From Polynucleobacter necessarius (GTDB taxonomy: Bacteria; Pseudomonadota; Gammaproteobacteria; Burkholderiales; Burkholderiaceae), in the NCBI RefSeq assembly GCF_900095195.1, contig NZ_LT606950.1, positions 300,001-332,000 on the forward strand: 32,000 nt of DNA. Direction: 5' to 3'. Made by a program: the position numbers and the translations under genes. The notes under the pieces were generated by a model. It was not told the origin of the DNA and ran no database searches. It saw nothing but the letters and a program-made list of their open reading frames with translations. Below, one piece after another: positions 1 to 9,429 of the stretch. How positions within the stretch are numbered: the stretch's first letter is position 1; each line of letters starts with the position of its first letter.

Positions 1-312
1 TTCGTAGAATGCATCTGCTAAGGCAAGTGCGAAGTGCCGCTTCATCCATGCATGTTTATAAGAGGGCTTCTCGCTGACGGTCTCCGCTCTAGCGTTGTAA
101 GTTTTTCTGCCAAATTCTTCATCCTTTGCCCAGGAGGGTATCAGGCCGAAGCGAGCTGGTCCAATAGCGGTGCGTTGAGTGTTGTGACTCTTTAGGATAA
201 TCATTCCTGGGTAGGTGGGAAAAACATCGTGTGGGCTTGATGCCGATAGTGCGAGATCAAAATGGGTTTTTACCCAATCAACGTCCGCGGTGGTGAGGTA
301 CTGTACGCACAT
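1..312 (-). CDS. SOS-response-associated peptidase (SRAP/YedK family), N-terminal part; 3' end lies outside the window
   Basis: My minus-strand translation from ATG at 312 gives MCVQYLTTADVDWVKTHFDL...GLIPSWAKDEEFGRKTYNARAETVSEKPSYKHAWMKRHFALALADAFYE. It has the Met-Cys N-terminus and the IPSW...NARAET motifs typical of SRAP proteins. The frame is open to base 1. It is not in the ORF track because it is truncated by the window edge. Confidence 0.7.
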   Translation of the reverse strand, partial: MCVQYLTTADVDWVKTHFDLALSASSPHDVFPTYPGMIILKSHNTQRTAIGPARFGLIPSWAKDEEFGRKTYNARAETVSEKPSYKHAWMKRHFALALADAFYE

Positions 313-367
313 GTCCAGATTTTAATGCTTGCCTAGCTGGTAGTATTAGGGTTCCCTATCTGAAAGA

Positions 368-1081
368 TTGCTACACATGAAACTGAATATCACACCCTCT
401 ATCAAGCGTATTATCTCTATTGGTTTTTTATCCATCGCCTTATGTGGCGGCGCAAATGCCCAACAGAGTGGCTTGCCAATTAATGCTGCTGCTTCAGTCA
501 ATGACGCAATCGTTACAAACGATATGGTTGAACAAGGCATCAAGGCAGCCCTGGCTCAAGGTCAAAAAGATTCGCCCGAGTTGCGTAGGGCGGTGATTGA
601 AAAGTTCATTGAAGTCTTCTTGTTGTCCCAACAAGCTGAAAAAGATGGTACAGCAAGCAAGTAGTTTCATTAGGCCCACAGGGCATGATCAACGAATACA
701 AGATTAGTGACATTGCGGTTGCCTCTGAATCCGATGCGCAAGCCGCTTTAAATCGTATAAAAAAGGGGGGCTTTTGACAAGGTAGCAAAAAGTGTTTCAT
801 TAGCACCGAATAAGACACAAGGCGGGGCGGCAGGTTGGGTGCAACCTGGGCAAGTTCCTCCACAAATCTCAGCTGTATTGGTGAATCCTGGCAAAGGCCA
901 AACCTCCGCAGCGATTCAGATGCAGCAGGGCTGGTATTTGGTCAAACTGGAAGATAAGCGTTCCAGTAAGCCACCGACACTTGAACAAGCAAAGCAAGCT
1001 ATTCGTGCGGGCTTAGCTCAGAAGAAGCAATTTGAATTTATTTCTGGAATTGCCAAGAATTCAAAAATTGTTGTGCAGTAA
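368..1081 (+). pseudogene. Parvulin-type (PpiC/SurA-like) periplasmic peptidyl-prolyl isomerase, disrupted
   Basis: The N-terminal ORF 368-664 has a signal peptide (..SIALCGGANAQ) and a chaperone-like segment ending in a stop. The C-terminal ORF 839-1081 carries the end of a parvulin domain (GWYLVKLEDKR..). Between them the frames read EYKISDIAVASESDAQAALNRIKKGGF / DKVAKSVSLAPNKTQGGAAGW only after frame changes, one at the A6G6 run near 761-773. The linker between the two parts looks too short, suggesting an internal deletion. Confidence 0.7.
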
Positions 1082-1110
1082 GCAACAGTATTTAGAGGTC
1101 ATCGTGAAAT

Positions 1111-1136
1111 AAAAAGGGCTCCCGGGAGTCCTTTTT
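1111..1136. terminator. Putative bidirectional intrinsic terminator between the convergent PPIase pseudogene and folA
   Basis: The sequence is aaaaaGGGCTCCCGGGAGTCCttttt: a GC-rich hairpin (one G-T pair) flanked by an A-run and a T-run, directly after the folA stop (1135-1137). Confidence 0.5.
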
Positions 1137-1623
1137 ATTGACGCTCGAGAGTGACGAACTGAAAGTGAATATCGTTTTCGGATCCAGGCGTACGTTCTAC
1201 TTCTCTCCAGTCGTTGGGATTAGGTACTTCAAAGAATGTATCCCCGCCATCAATATCAAGATCGATTTCAGTAATGTATAAACGATCCGCTTTATCAAAA
1301 GCCTGCCTAAAAAGTTGTTCACCGCCAATTACAAAGACTCTAGGGGCTTTACTCAGTGCGTTGAGGGCCTCGTCTAGGGAGCCCACTAATTCTCCGTCGG
1401 TCAGCTCGTAGTCAGCATTGCGACTCACCACGATATTGCGTCGACCAGGAAGCGGGCGACCAATTGATTCCCAGGTCTTGCGACCCATGATGACGGGGTG
1501 ACCCATCGTGACACGCTTAAAAAATTGCAGGTCAGCAGAAATTTTCCAAGGCATTTGGTTGTCACGACCAATCACGTGATTCCGTGAGCGGGCAACAATT
1601 ATGGAGATAGCAGGTTGTGTCAT
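1135..1623 (-). CDS. folA: Dihydrofolate reductase
   Basis: 162-aa ORF containing ISIIVA..NHVIGRDNQMPW..DLQFFKRVTMGHPVIMGRKTWESIGRPLPGRRNIVVSR, the canonical DHFR signature. It sits next to thyA. Confidence 0.95.
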   Translation of the reverse strand: MTQPAISIIVARSRNHVIGRDNQMPWKISADLQFFKRVTMGHPVIMGRKTWESIGRPLPGRRNIVVSRNADYELTDGELVGSLDEALNALSKAPRVFVIGGEQLFRQAFDKADRLYITEIDLDIDGGDTFFEVPNPNDWREVERTPGSENDIHFQFVTLERQ

Positions 1624-1634
1624 AGGGCAATTTC

Positions 1635-2429
1635 TTAAACGGCTACAGGGGCTTTGATATGGGGGTGGGATTCGTAACCTACGATCTCAAAATCCTCAAA
1701 TTCGTAATCAAAAATAGAGTCGGGTTTGCGTAGGGTATTGAGTTTGGGTAACGGGAAGAAATCTCGAGAGAGCTGCAGATTCACTTGTTCTAGGTGATTA
1801 CTATACAAGTGGCAATCGCCGCCAGTCCAAACGAAATCGCCGACTTCGAGATTGCATTGCTGGGCCAGCATATGCGTTAACAAAGCATAGCTGGCAATAT
1901 TGAACGGAACTCCTAAGAAAATATCTGCACTGCGCTGATAAAGCTGGCAAGACAGTTTCCCATCTGCTACGTAAAACTGAAAGAAAGCATGGCAAGGCGC
2001 TAATGCCATACGGGGAATATCTGCAACGTTCCATGCAGAAACAATAATACGACGTGAGTCTGGATTCTTTTTGACTGTCTCCACTACTTCACTAATCTGA
2101 TCGATGTGTTGTCCATTAGGCGCAGGCCAAGAGCGCCATTGATAACTGTAAATTGGTCCCAAGTCACCATCTGGTGCAGCCCATTCGTTCCAAATGGATA
2201 CACCGCGCTCTTTGAGCCAATTGTTGTCTGTGCTGCCTTTAAGAAACCAAAGCAGCTCATAGATAATGGATTTGAGGTGCAGTTTCTTGGTTGTCACCAT
2301 CGGGAAACCGTCAGCCAAATTAAAGCGCATTTGGTGACCAAAGACAGACAGTGTTCCAGTACCAGTCCGGTCAGACTTTTTAACGCCGTTGGCTAAAACT
2401 TCCTTCATGAGATCGTGATATTGGCGCAT
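1635..2429 (-). CDS. thyA: Thymidylate synthase (ThyA type)
   Basis: 264-aa ORF with [26 protein letters not shown], the active-site [12 protein letters not shown], and the ending ..[10 protein letters not shown]. Full length relative to the usual 264-aa ThyA. Confidence 0.97.
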   Translation of the reverse strand: MRQYHDLMKEVLANGVKKSDRTGTGTLSVFGHQMRFNLADGFPMVTTKKLHLKSIIYELLWFLKGSTDNNWLKERGVSIWNEWAAPDGDLGPIYSYQWRSWPAPNGQHIDQISEVVETVKKNPDSRRIIVSAWNVADIPRMALAPCHAFFQFYVADGKLSCQLYQRSADIFLGVPFNIASYALLTHMLAQQCNLEVGDFVWTGGDCHLYSNHLEQVNLQLSRDFFPLPKLNTLRKPDSIFDYEFEDFEIVGYESHPHIKAPVAV

Positions 2430-2489
2430 AGAAATTGACTAAAAGTGAATTGGTCGGTTTGTAAATTTTGGAATAGCTATAAGGGTAAC

Positions 2490-3531
2490 TTACTCGAGGG
2501 TAGTCGGCTTTACCCCAAGTACTTTATGCAGTTTAGGGGAGGTGGTGGTGTACTGAAGTTGAATCGGTTTTTCAGGATTCAGGTACGCGGCAGCAGCGAA
2601 AGCCGCTAATGCCGCCTCATGAAAGCCTGACAAAATCAACTTCTTCTTGCCGGGGTAGACATTAATGTCGCCGACAGCATAAATGCCCGGAATGCTTTTC
2701 TGAAATTTTTCTGTATCCACCACAATTTGTTTGCAATCAATATCCAGACCCCATTCGGCGATAGGGCCTAGTTTTGGGGATAGACCAAAAAATCAGAAGA
2801 TCATCTAAAGCGAGTTGTTTAGTGTTGCCGTCATTGTCCGTAAGAGTAATCTCGCTCAATTGGTCGTTTTGAATGTCATATCCAGTGATATGTCCAATGA
2901 AGAGATTTATCTTTCCAGAAGCACAAAGCTCTCGCATCTTTGCGATCGATTGTGGTGCTGCCTTAAAGTCGTCCCGTCGATGAATGAGGGTGACGCTTGC
3001 TGCTTTATCGGCAAAATATAAGACCCAGTCAATTGCAGAGTCGCCACCCCTGCAGATGGCAATGCGTTTGCCGATAAATTGGTCGGGTTGCTTCACGCGA
3101 TAGAACACGTTCTGATCTACATAAGCATCTAGACCCTCCAGATTCAGGGTTCTTGGCTGAAGAGCTCCTACTCCAGCTGCTATAAATAGCGTCTTCGTTA
3201 TAAAGCGCTGATCTTGTGAGGTGCGAATGAGGAAGCGGTCGTCGGATTGGCAATCGAGATGGGTGACTTCTTGTCCTAGATGAAGCTGAGGGTGAAACGG
3301 CTCAATTTGTTTCAGTAGATTATCGGTGAGCTCGCGACCAGTACAAACAGGGACGGCAGGAATGTCGTAAATCGGTTTATCGGGATACAGCTCAATACAT
3401 TGACCACCAGGTTCTGGTAAGGAATCAATGACGTGTGCGTTGATTTCAAGAAGTCCAAGCTCAAATACTTGGAAGAGGCCCACAGGGCCGGCGCCAATAA
3501 TGACTGCGTCAGCTTCTGTGGGTGGGTGCAA
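2490..3531 (-). pseudogene. Thioredoxin-reductase-like ferredoxin-NADP+ reductase (type 2 FNR), frameshifted
   Basis: The N-terminal 264-aa ORF (2737-3531) has the FAD motif [11 protein letters not shown] and EPGGQ. The C-terminal 77-aa ORF (2490-2723) reads [37 protein letters not shown]. The two are in different frames, and the join is near the A-run at about 2783-2790. The NADPH-motif region reads [11 protein letters not shown] rather than a clean GGGDSA. Confidence 0.8.
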
Positions 3532-3554
3532 AACGATACTCTTGGGTGATTAAA

Positions 3555-3878
3555 TTACTTTACGAGCTGATCCAGTTTATTTTTAACGTCTTTCCACTCA
3601 TCAGCATCTGGAAGAGCTGCTTTGGATTTGGTGATCGACGTCCATGACGGCGCGAGTTCGGCATTCAGCTTAATGAACTCTTGTTGATCGCCAGGTACAT
3701 CATCTTCTGCGTAAATAGCATTGACGGGGCACTCAGGAACGCAAACGGCGCAGTCGATGCACTCATCCGGATCGATCACTAGGAAATTAGGGCCTTCACG
3801 AAAGCAATCAACTGGGCAAACATCAACGCAGTCGGTGTATTTGCAGCGAATACAAGATTCAGTAACAACGTAAGTCAT
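3555..3878 (-). CDS. fdxA: 7Fe ferredoxin (FdxA type, [3Fe-4S][4Fe-4S])
   Basis: [60 protein letters not shown].. is the classic Azotobacter-type ferredoxin I pattern. I place the start at the internal Met (3878) rather than the ORF-track start at 3953. Confidence 0.92.
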   Translation of the reverse strand: MTYVVTESCIRCKYTDCVDVCPVDCFREGPNFLVIDPDECIDCAVCVPECPVNAIYAEDDVPGDQQEFIKLNAELAPSWTSITKSKAALPDADEWKDVKNKLDQLVK

Positions 3879-3977
3879 GGTGTTTAATCGAATTAGCCCG
3901 CGATTAAGGGTTATTAGGTTATAAAACATTAATTTTAGCCGAAATGCCCTCATTTACTGAGGTAAAGTTTCCCCTTA

Positions 3978-5003
3978 TGAATACCCACAAAATACCCAAA
4001 CTACCCCCCAAAACGCCTCTCAGAAGCCCAAAATCTTGGTTGCCAGGGCTATTTTTCCTGAAGCGTTGGCAAAACTAAAAGAATCGTTTGAGGTGCTGGC
4101 AAACCAGGAAGACCAGATCTTGAAGCCCTGAGGAGTTACAAAATGCGCTCTCAGGCGTGGCGGTGCATTAGTTGCAGGAAGTAAACGCATAGACGCAAAT
4201 GCTTTAGCAATGGCCAAAGATTTAAAAATCGTTCCCAACATTTCAGTGGGCTATAACAATTTTGATGTATCTGCCATTACTGCGGCTGGTGTCATGACAA
4301 CCAATACACCCGATGTGTTGACCGATACTACCGCTGACTTTGGTTTTGCTTTGCTCATGGCAACAGCGCGGCGTATCACCGAATCAGAGCATTGGGTGCG
4401 CGCTGGCCATTGGGACAAATGGTCGATTGTGAATAACCCACTCGGTATGGATTTGCATCACAGCACAATCGGCATCATTGGTATGGGACGGCATTGGACA
4501 GGGTGTTGCTAAACGAGCATTGGGTTTTGGCATGAATGTGATTTATCACAATCGCAGTCGTTTATCGGAAGCGGATGAGAGGGCATGTGGCGCACGCTAC
4601 GTATCAAAAGAAGAAATTACTACGAACTGTGGATCACGTGGTCCTGGTATTGCCATATACCGCCGAAAGCCATCACACCACTGGAGCTGAAGAGCTTGCC
4701 TTCATGAAACCCACGGCAACCCTTATCAATATTGTTCGTGGCGGGATTGTTGATGACTTGGCTTTGGCGCAAGCCCTGAAAGAAAAACGAATATTTGTTG
4801 CTAGTCTAGATGTATTTGATGGGGAGCCAAACGTGAATCCTGAGTTACTCAAATTGAGCAATGTTGTTCTAGCTCCGCACATTGCGAGCGCGACTGAAAA
4901 AGCCCACAGAGCCATGGTGGACCTCGCAATCGAAAACTTGCAAGCAGCGTTGGCCGGGAAAAAACCGCCCAGCTTAATTAATGCTGAGGCATTTAAAGGG
5001 TAG
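3978..5003 (+). pseudogene. D-isomer-specific 2-hydroxyacid dehydrogenase (glyoxylate/hydroxypyruvate reductase-like), multiply frameshifted
   Basis: Recognisable segments lie in three different frames: KILVARAIFPEALAKLKESFEV (about 4020-4100), AKDLKIVPNISVGYNNFDV..TTADFGFALLMATARR (4210-4512), GIGQGVAKRALGFGMNVIYHNRS (4478-4690), and VVLVLPYTAESHHTTGAEELAFMKPTATLINIVRGGIVDDLAL..APHIASAT (4575-5003). The NAD motif GIIGMGRIG is split by a frameshift near 4490. Confidence 0.8.
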
Positions 5004-5048
5004 CACTTGTTTCTTGCTTTCGAAAAGGTTGCCGGAGAATATCAATGA

Positions 5049-5342
5049 TTACTCGGCATCTACTTCTTCTGGTAAATCGCGTAGTGCTAGCTCAACGCCA
5101 CCGAATTTTTCAGCAACCCAGTTATAGACTTTGCAAGCAATCCACAGCAAGGCAAAACCCAGTAACGCATTGAGAATTAATGCGGACAAAACGGTAAATC
5201 CAGGGATTGCACCATCTCTGATGAGGGCAACGAATAATGCCAACAGCACGATGGGCACTGAGAAGCAGAGGTAAACCAATACCAGTGTTTTAGCGGTATG
5301 GGTTGGATCGAGAAAGGCGAGTTCTTTTTTGGTAAGTTTCAT
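5049..5342 (-). CDS. Small hypothetical membrane protein (two predicted TM helices)
   Basis: Open frame reading MKLTKKELAFLDPTHTAKTLVLVYLCFSVPIVLLALFVALI...LNALLGFALLWIACKVYNWV. It has two hydrophobic stretches and an acidic tail, and I recognise no family. Start chosen at the Met just downstream of the moeA stop. Confidence 0.45.
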   Translation of the reverse strand: MKLTKKELAFLDPTHTAKTLVLVYLCFSVPIVLLALFVALIRDGAIPGFTVLSALILNALLGFALLWIACKVYNWVAEKFGGVELALRDLPEEVDAE

Positions 5343-5355
5343 GATGACCGCAATC

Positions 5356-6612
5356 TTAAAGCAGTCCATCAAAAAGCGCTATATCTACTAGGTCACCCGG
5401 AGCAACATTTCCTTGGTCGTGACCCAGAATGACAAAACAGTTTGCCTCGCTCATGGAGCGCAAAATGCCCACCCCTTGACTGCCAGTCAGTCGCACACTT
5501 GGCTTGCCATCAGCATTGCGCCCCAAGATGGCGCGTTGAAATTCGGTGCGACCAGGTTTCTTACGAATCGCTGTTTCGGCAATCGCTTGAACTAGTGGAG
5601 GCATTGTTTGAGTGGCCCCATTGAGTTGCAGCAGTGCGCTGCGAACGAGCTGATAAAAAGTCACCATAACGGCAACAGGGTTACCTGGTAAACCAAAAAA
5701 TAGGGTTTTGCGGGCAGGCGATTTTCCAGAAGCCAACATCACCCAGTTCTTGCATGATTTGTTTGGTGAAGTCTGCTTCACCAACAGAGACGCCACCAGA
5801 TGAAATTAATACATCGGCTTTAGAGACTGCTTCGATGAATGCTTGTTTTAGTGAAGCAGGATCATCACGCACAATTCCACAATCGATAATGTCTAGATCT
5901 AGACGATTGAGTAAGCCAGTAAGACTGTAACGATTGCTGTCATAGATGCTGCCAGGATCCAGGGTCTGACCCAAGGAACGTAATTCATCTCCCGAAGACA
6001 AAATAGCGACTTTGAGCTTGCGCCGAACATGAAGCGTGGCGATACCAAGGGATGCTGCCAATCCTAAATCCGAGGGTCGCAATAACCGACCAGCAGCAAT
6101 TGCAGGTTTGCCTTGTTGTAAATCCTCGCCACGCAGGCGACGATTTTCCCCTGCCTTCAATTGATTTGACTGAAATCGAACGAATTGATTGTCGTTGCTC
6201 GTTGTGAATTCCTGAGGGATCACGGTGTCGCAATCCGCAGGCATGACGGCGCCTGTCATGATTTTGAGGCATTCACCTTGAGCAATTTTGCCCTCGTAAG
6301 GTTTGCCAGCCAAAGCAGTGCCAACAATCTTTAATGAGATCTCAGCGCTATTTTGATTCAGGCATTGGCCATTAAATACAAAGCCATCCATCGCTGAGTT
6401 ATCAGCAACGGGACATCAATGGGTGAAAGGAGATCGCGCGCTAGAACCCGATTAATTGCTTGATCTAGTGGAACACTCTCGATATCGGCAGGATCATTGA
6501 TTGCAGCGGATTCTTGGAGTAATTCATCGACAAGATCTGCAATCGCCTGACGAGCTTCATCAACATGAAGTGATGACGTCAGCAAGATGGGGTTATTGGG
6601 AGAATGCTTCAT
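5356..6612 (-). pseudogene. moeA: Molybdopterin molybdenumtransferase MoeA, at least two frameshifts
   Basis: Three overlapping ORF pieces in different frames: 6358-6612 (..LSPIDVP..), 5681-6391 (MDGFVF...GAVMPADCDTVIPQE...SGDEL...SSGGVSVGEADF..) and 5356-5796 (..FGLPGNPVAVMVTF..RTEFQRA..SGILRSMSEANCFVIL). Frame changes are near 6405 and near 5720. Confidence 0.88.
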
Positions 6613-7212
6613 GCTGAAATGGCTTCTAGTGATTTCAATTCTTCTAGAGTATTGACGTTTGCAAATACTTGCTCATCGTCGAATACGACAGTGCTGCTCT
6701 TAATTTCTTGAAACCAACGATCAATTTTGAAATCGCCTTTACGCAAAAAAGCATCCAACGATTCTTGTAAATTAGCGCGCATTAGGCAGAACACTGGTTG
6801 TGCCCAAACCCTGTCATCGACACCTTTGGTCGAGGCATAAACCAATTGAAAATCGCCACGTTCAAGTTCGGCGGTAAGCTTTATGCCGAGATTTTGGGGC
6901 AATAGCGGTGAGTCACAGGGTGTGGTTAGTAGGTATGGTTTTACAGGCCTTGAGCCCCACCGAGAATCCTGCAAGTGGCCCAGAAAAATCGGGGGTCTCA
7001 TCCAGAATTACTGGGTAGCTATAGACGGCGTATTTGGTGATATTACGGTTGGCGTTAATCAGGATGGATCCAACCTGGGGCCTTAGGCGGGAGATGGTCG
7101 ATTCAATTAAGGGTTTTTGGTGAAATGGAATTAATCCTTTATCGATTCCGCCCATTCGTTGGGCACGACCGCCAGCCAGAATGAGTCCGGTTATATTTTT
7201 AGCAGTAATCAT
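6609..7212 (-). pseudogene. mobA: Molybdenum cofactor guanylyltransferase MobA, frameshifted
   Basis: The N-terminal piece 6913-7212 reads ITGLILAGGRAQRMGGIDKGLIPF. The C-terminal piece 6609-7001 reads ..YLLTTPCDSPLLPQNL.. in another frame. The frame change is near 6960. The stop overlaps the moeA start (ATGA at 6609-6612). Confidence 0.88.
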
Positions 7213-7213
7213 T

Positions 7214-7915
7214 AGCCACCAATGTAAGACATTTCAACTTTACGAGAATTGGATTTCAGACCTTCCGTTTGCGAGCCCCGAATTTCAGAATAGTGATTAT
7301 TGCGTCCAGACCAGGTATTCATGATGGCGTTCGCAATTTCTAAATCGGTTTTATCAGAGCGCAATAAGGATTTGAAACAAACCCCTCATTCGCAAACAAA
7401 CATAGATACATTTGGCCATCAGTAGAAATGCGTGCACGCGTGCATTCATGGCAGAAGGTTTGTGTCACGCTGGATATCATCTGATTCATCTGCATAACGC
7501 CAACGCTGGGCTACCTCACCAGGGTAGTTTGGTTCCATTGACTCCAGCGGAAATGTTGCATGGATCCTCGAGATAACCTCTTTAGATGGCAATACTTTTG
7601 CCATATTCCAACCATTCGAGCTACCAACGTCCATAAATTCGATGAAGCGCAAAATAATACCGCTGCCCTTGAAATGGTTTGCCATTGGCACGATCTCGTG
7701 ATCGTTCGTTCCTTTTTTCACCACAATATTGACTTTGATGTTCTCAAAGCCAGCGTCTTGCGCGGCAGCAATGTCATCCAAAACATCGGCCACCGAAAAT
7801 CAACATCGTTCATTTTGCGAAAGATGTCATCGTTCAAACCATCGAGACTGACGGTTAGCCTTTGCAATCCCGCTGCTTTTAAGGAAACTGCTTTTTTGCG
7901 CAAGATGCTACCACC
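7214..7915 (-). pseudogene. moaA: GTP 3',8-cyclase MoaA, C-terminal about two-thirds, multiply frameshifted and severed from its 5' part by an inversion
   Basis: Minus-strand reading: [40 protein letters not shown] / [56 protein letters not shown].. / ..[22 protein letters not shown] / [33 protein letters not shown]...KVEMSYIGG*. The Gly-Gly C-terminus is typical of MoaA. At least four frame changes are needed (for example near 7795, 7445 and 7385). Confidence 0.88.
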
Positions 7916-7977
7916 CGCTTCAAAGCGCTTGGATCTGCCGATAACTCCACTTGAGGTAAAACTTGATTACGATTCAT
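7916..7977 (-). pseudogene. yceD: yceD (DUF177) 5' fragment, first 21 codons, left behind at the inversion junction
   Basis: Minus-strand ATG at 7977 gives [21 protein letters not shown], then the reading abruptly becomes moaA sequence. It continues in frame with the yceD remainder at 15443 (..KR|DFCAPQ..). It is divergent from maf, as yceD is in E. coli. Confidence 0.6.
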
Positions 7978-8029
7978 GACATCAGTCCAAATCAAGGCAA
8001 GTGCAAAATCTGCAGTAATCACTAAATTC

Positions 8030-8626
8030 ATGAGTTCATCGAATAACCCACCGTTAATTTTGGCATCCACTTCGGTCTACCGTCGCGAGCTTTTAACTCG
8101 CTTACGCATTCCATTCGAAGTGGTCTCACCCAAGGTCGATGAGACACCACTTACTGGCGAGACCACGCTGGACCTAGCGTTGCGATTGGCGAACGCCAAA
8201 GCTGCAGCAGTTGCAAAAATACACCCCGATACCTGGGTCATTGGCTCTGATCAGGTTGCCGATCTTTGTGGTGCTGCGATAGGTAAACCCGGAAATTTTG
8301 ATAGAGCGCTTGCACAACTTCAACTCATGCGCGGGCAAACCATCACCTTTCATACTGCACTCTGCTTGATGAAAAACGATGTTCACACCACCCTGAGCAT
8401 TCCCACGGAAGTGACTTTTCGCAAACTCTCCGACGATGTTCTAGAGAATTATTTGCGCGCAGAAGAGCCCTACGACTGCGCGGGAAGCGCAAAGTCTGAA
8501 GGCCTCGGAATCAGTCTATTGGAGGCGATTAAAAGCGATGATCCAACCGCCCTAATTGGCTTGCCACTCATTGCGCTGACGGGTTTATTGCGAGATGCAG
8601 GTTTCGCTATTCCGGCTACCAAATAG
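8030..8626 (+). CDS. maf: Maf-like nucleoside triphosphate pyrophosphatase (YceF subfamily)
   Basis: PLILASTSVYRRELLTRLRIPFEVVSPKVDETP...VIGSDQV...GKP...YDCAGSAKSEGLGISLLE matches the Maf family signatures. Start taken at the Met at 8030, not 7976. Confidence 0.88.
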   Translation: MSSSNNPPLILASTSVYRRELLTRLRIPFEVVSPKVDETPLTGETTLDLALRLANAKAAAVAKIHPDTWVIGSDQVADLCGAAIGKPGNFDRALAQLQLMRGQTITFHTALCLMKNDVHTTLSIPTEVTFRKLSDDVLENYLRAEEPYDCAGSAKSEGLGISLLEAIKSDDPTALIGLPLIALTGLLRDAGFAIPATK

Positions 8627-8629
8627 ATT

Positions 8630-9400
8630 ATGGCAACGCTCGGCACACTCTATTTAATTCCGAATACTTTAGGCAATGACGCTCGTGCAGAGCAATTACC
8701 TTGGGTCTTATCAAGTGAGACGATTGCCTGTACTGCAAAGCTGCGGCATTGGATTGCCGAAGATGCTAAAACAGCGCGGGCATTTTTAAAAGCAATCGAT
8801 AGCATCTCACCACTCGCTTGCGCCATTCAAGAAATGCAAATGTCGGAATGGCGCGGCACATCCCGTCATGCAAAGTATGGTGACGCCGTTAAACCTGCTG
8901 ACTTACTCAAACCATTACTGGCTGGTAACGATATGGGTTTGATGTCCGAAGCAGGTGTTCCAGGCGTCGCTGATCCTGGTGCTGAATTGGTTCTCGCGGC
9001 CCATCGCTTCTGTGCGCAAGTCAAACCATTAGTGGGGCCAAGCTCGATCCTGCTTGGCCTGATGGCAAGTGGTCTTAACGGTCAGCGCTTTGCTTTTCAA
9101 GGCTACCTCCCGCAGGGAGCTCCAGAGCGAAGCGCCAAACTCAAACAACTTGAGACTGAGTCCCGCAAATTGAAACAAACCCAGATTTGGATCGAGACGC
9201 CGTACCGCAATACCGCCATGCTGCTGGCGTGCACTCAAGCGTTAGCACCGCAAACATTGCTTTGCCTTGGTGTAGACCTTAGCCTTCCATCGGAGATGAT
9301 TGCCACACTCTTCATTGCAGAGTGGCGCAAGCGCTACCCAAATGAAGCGGCCTGCGCAGCACTACAAAATAGGCCAACGGTATTTCTGCTGTTGGCCTAG
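8630..9400 (+). CDS. Tetrapyrrole-methylase-fold SAM-dependent methyltransferase (RsmI-like)
   Basis: 256-aa ORF with GTLYLIPNTLGN at the N-terminus, SEAGVPGVADPG, GPSSILLGLMASGLNGQRFAFQGYLP and IWIETPYR, a pattern like the RsmI/YraL-type methylase family. Confidence 0.75.
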   Translation: MATLGTLYLIPNTLGNDARAEQLPWVLSSETIACTAKLRHWIAEDAKTARAFLKAIDSISPLACAIQEMQMSEWRGTSRHAKYGDAVKPADLLKPLLAGNDMGLMSEAGVPGVADPGAELVLAAHRFCAQVKPLVGPSSILLGLMASGLNGQRFAFQGYLPQGAPERSAKLKQLETESRKLKQTQIWIETPYRNTAMLLACTQALAPQTLLCLGVDLSLPSEMIATLFIAEWRKRYPNEAACAALQNRPTVFLLLA

Positions 9401-9429
9401 TGATTCATTCATTAAATATATTCTGACTA

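Noticed and set aside
5049-5342. The small two-TM protein between the dehydrogenase pseudogene and moeA, considered as a toxin, holin or part of a novel system.
   Set aside because: It has no partner gene, no repeats, no recognisable domain and no accessory-region context. A plain hypothetical membrane protein is all the sequence supports.
7975-8030. The ORF-track start of maf at 7976 overlaps the yceD start codon on the other strand (CATG), suggesting overlapping divergent genes.
   Set aside because: The conserved Maf N-terminus (..PLILASTS..) begins just after the Met at 8030. The upstream extension (MTSVQIKASAKSAVITKF) has no family resemblance. A 52-bp divergent spacer is the simpler reading.
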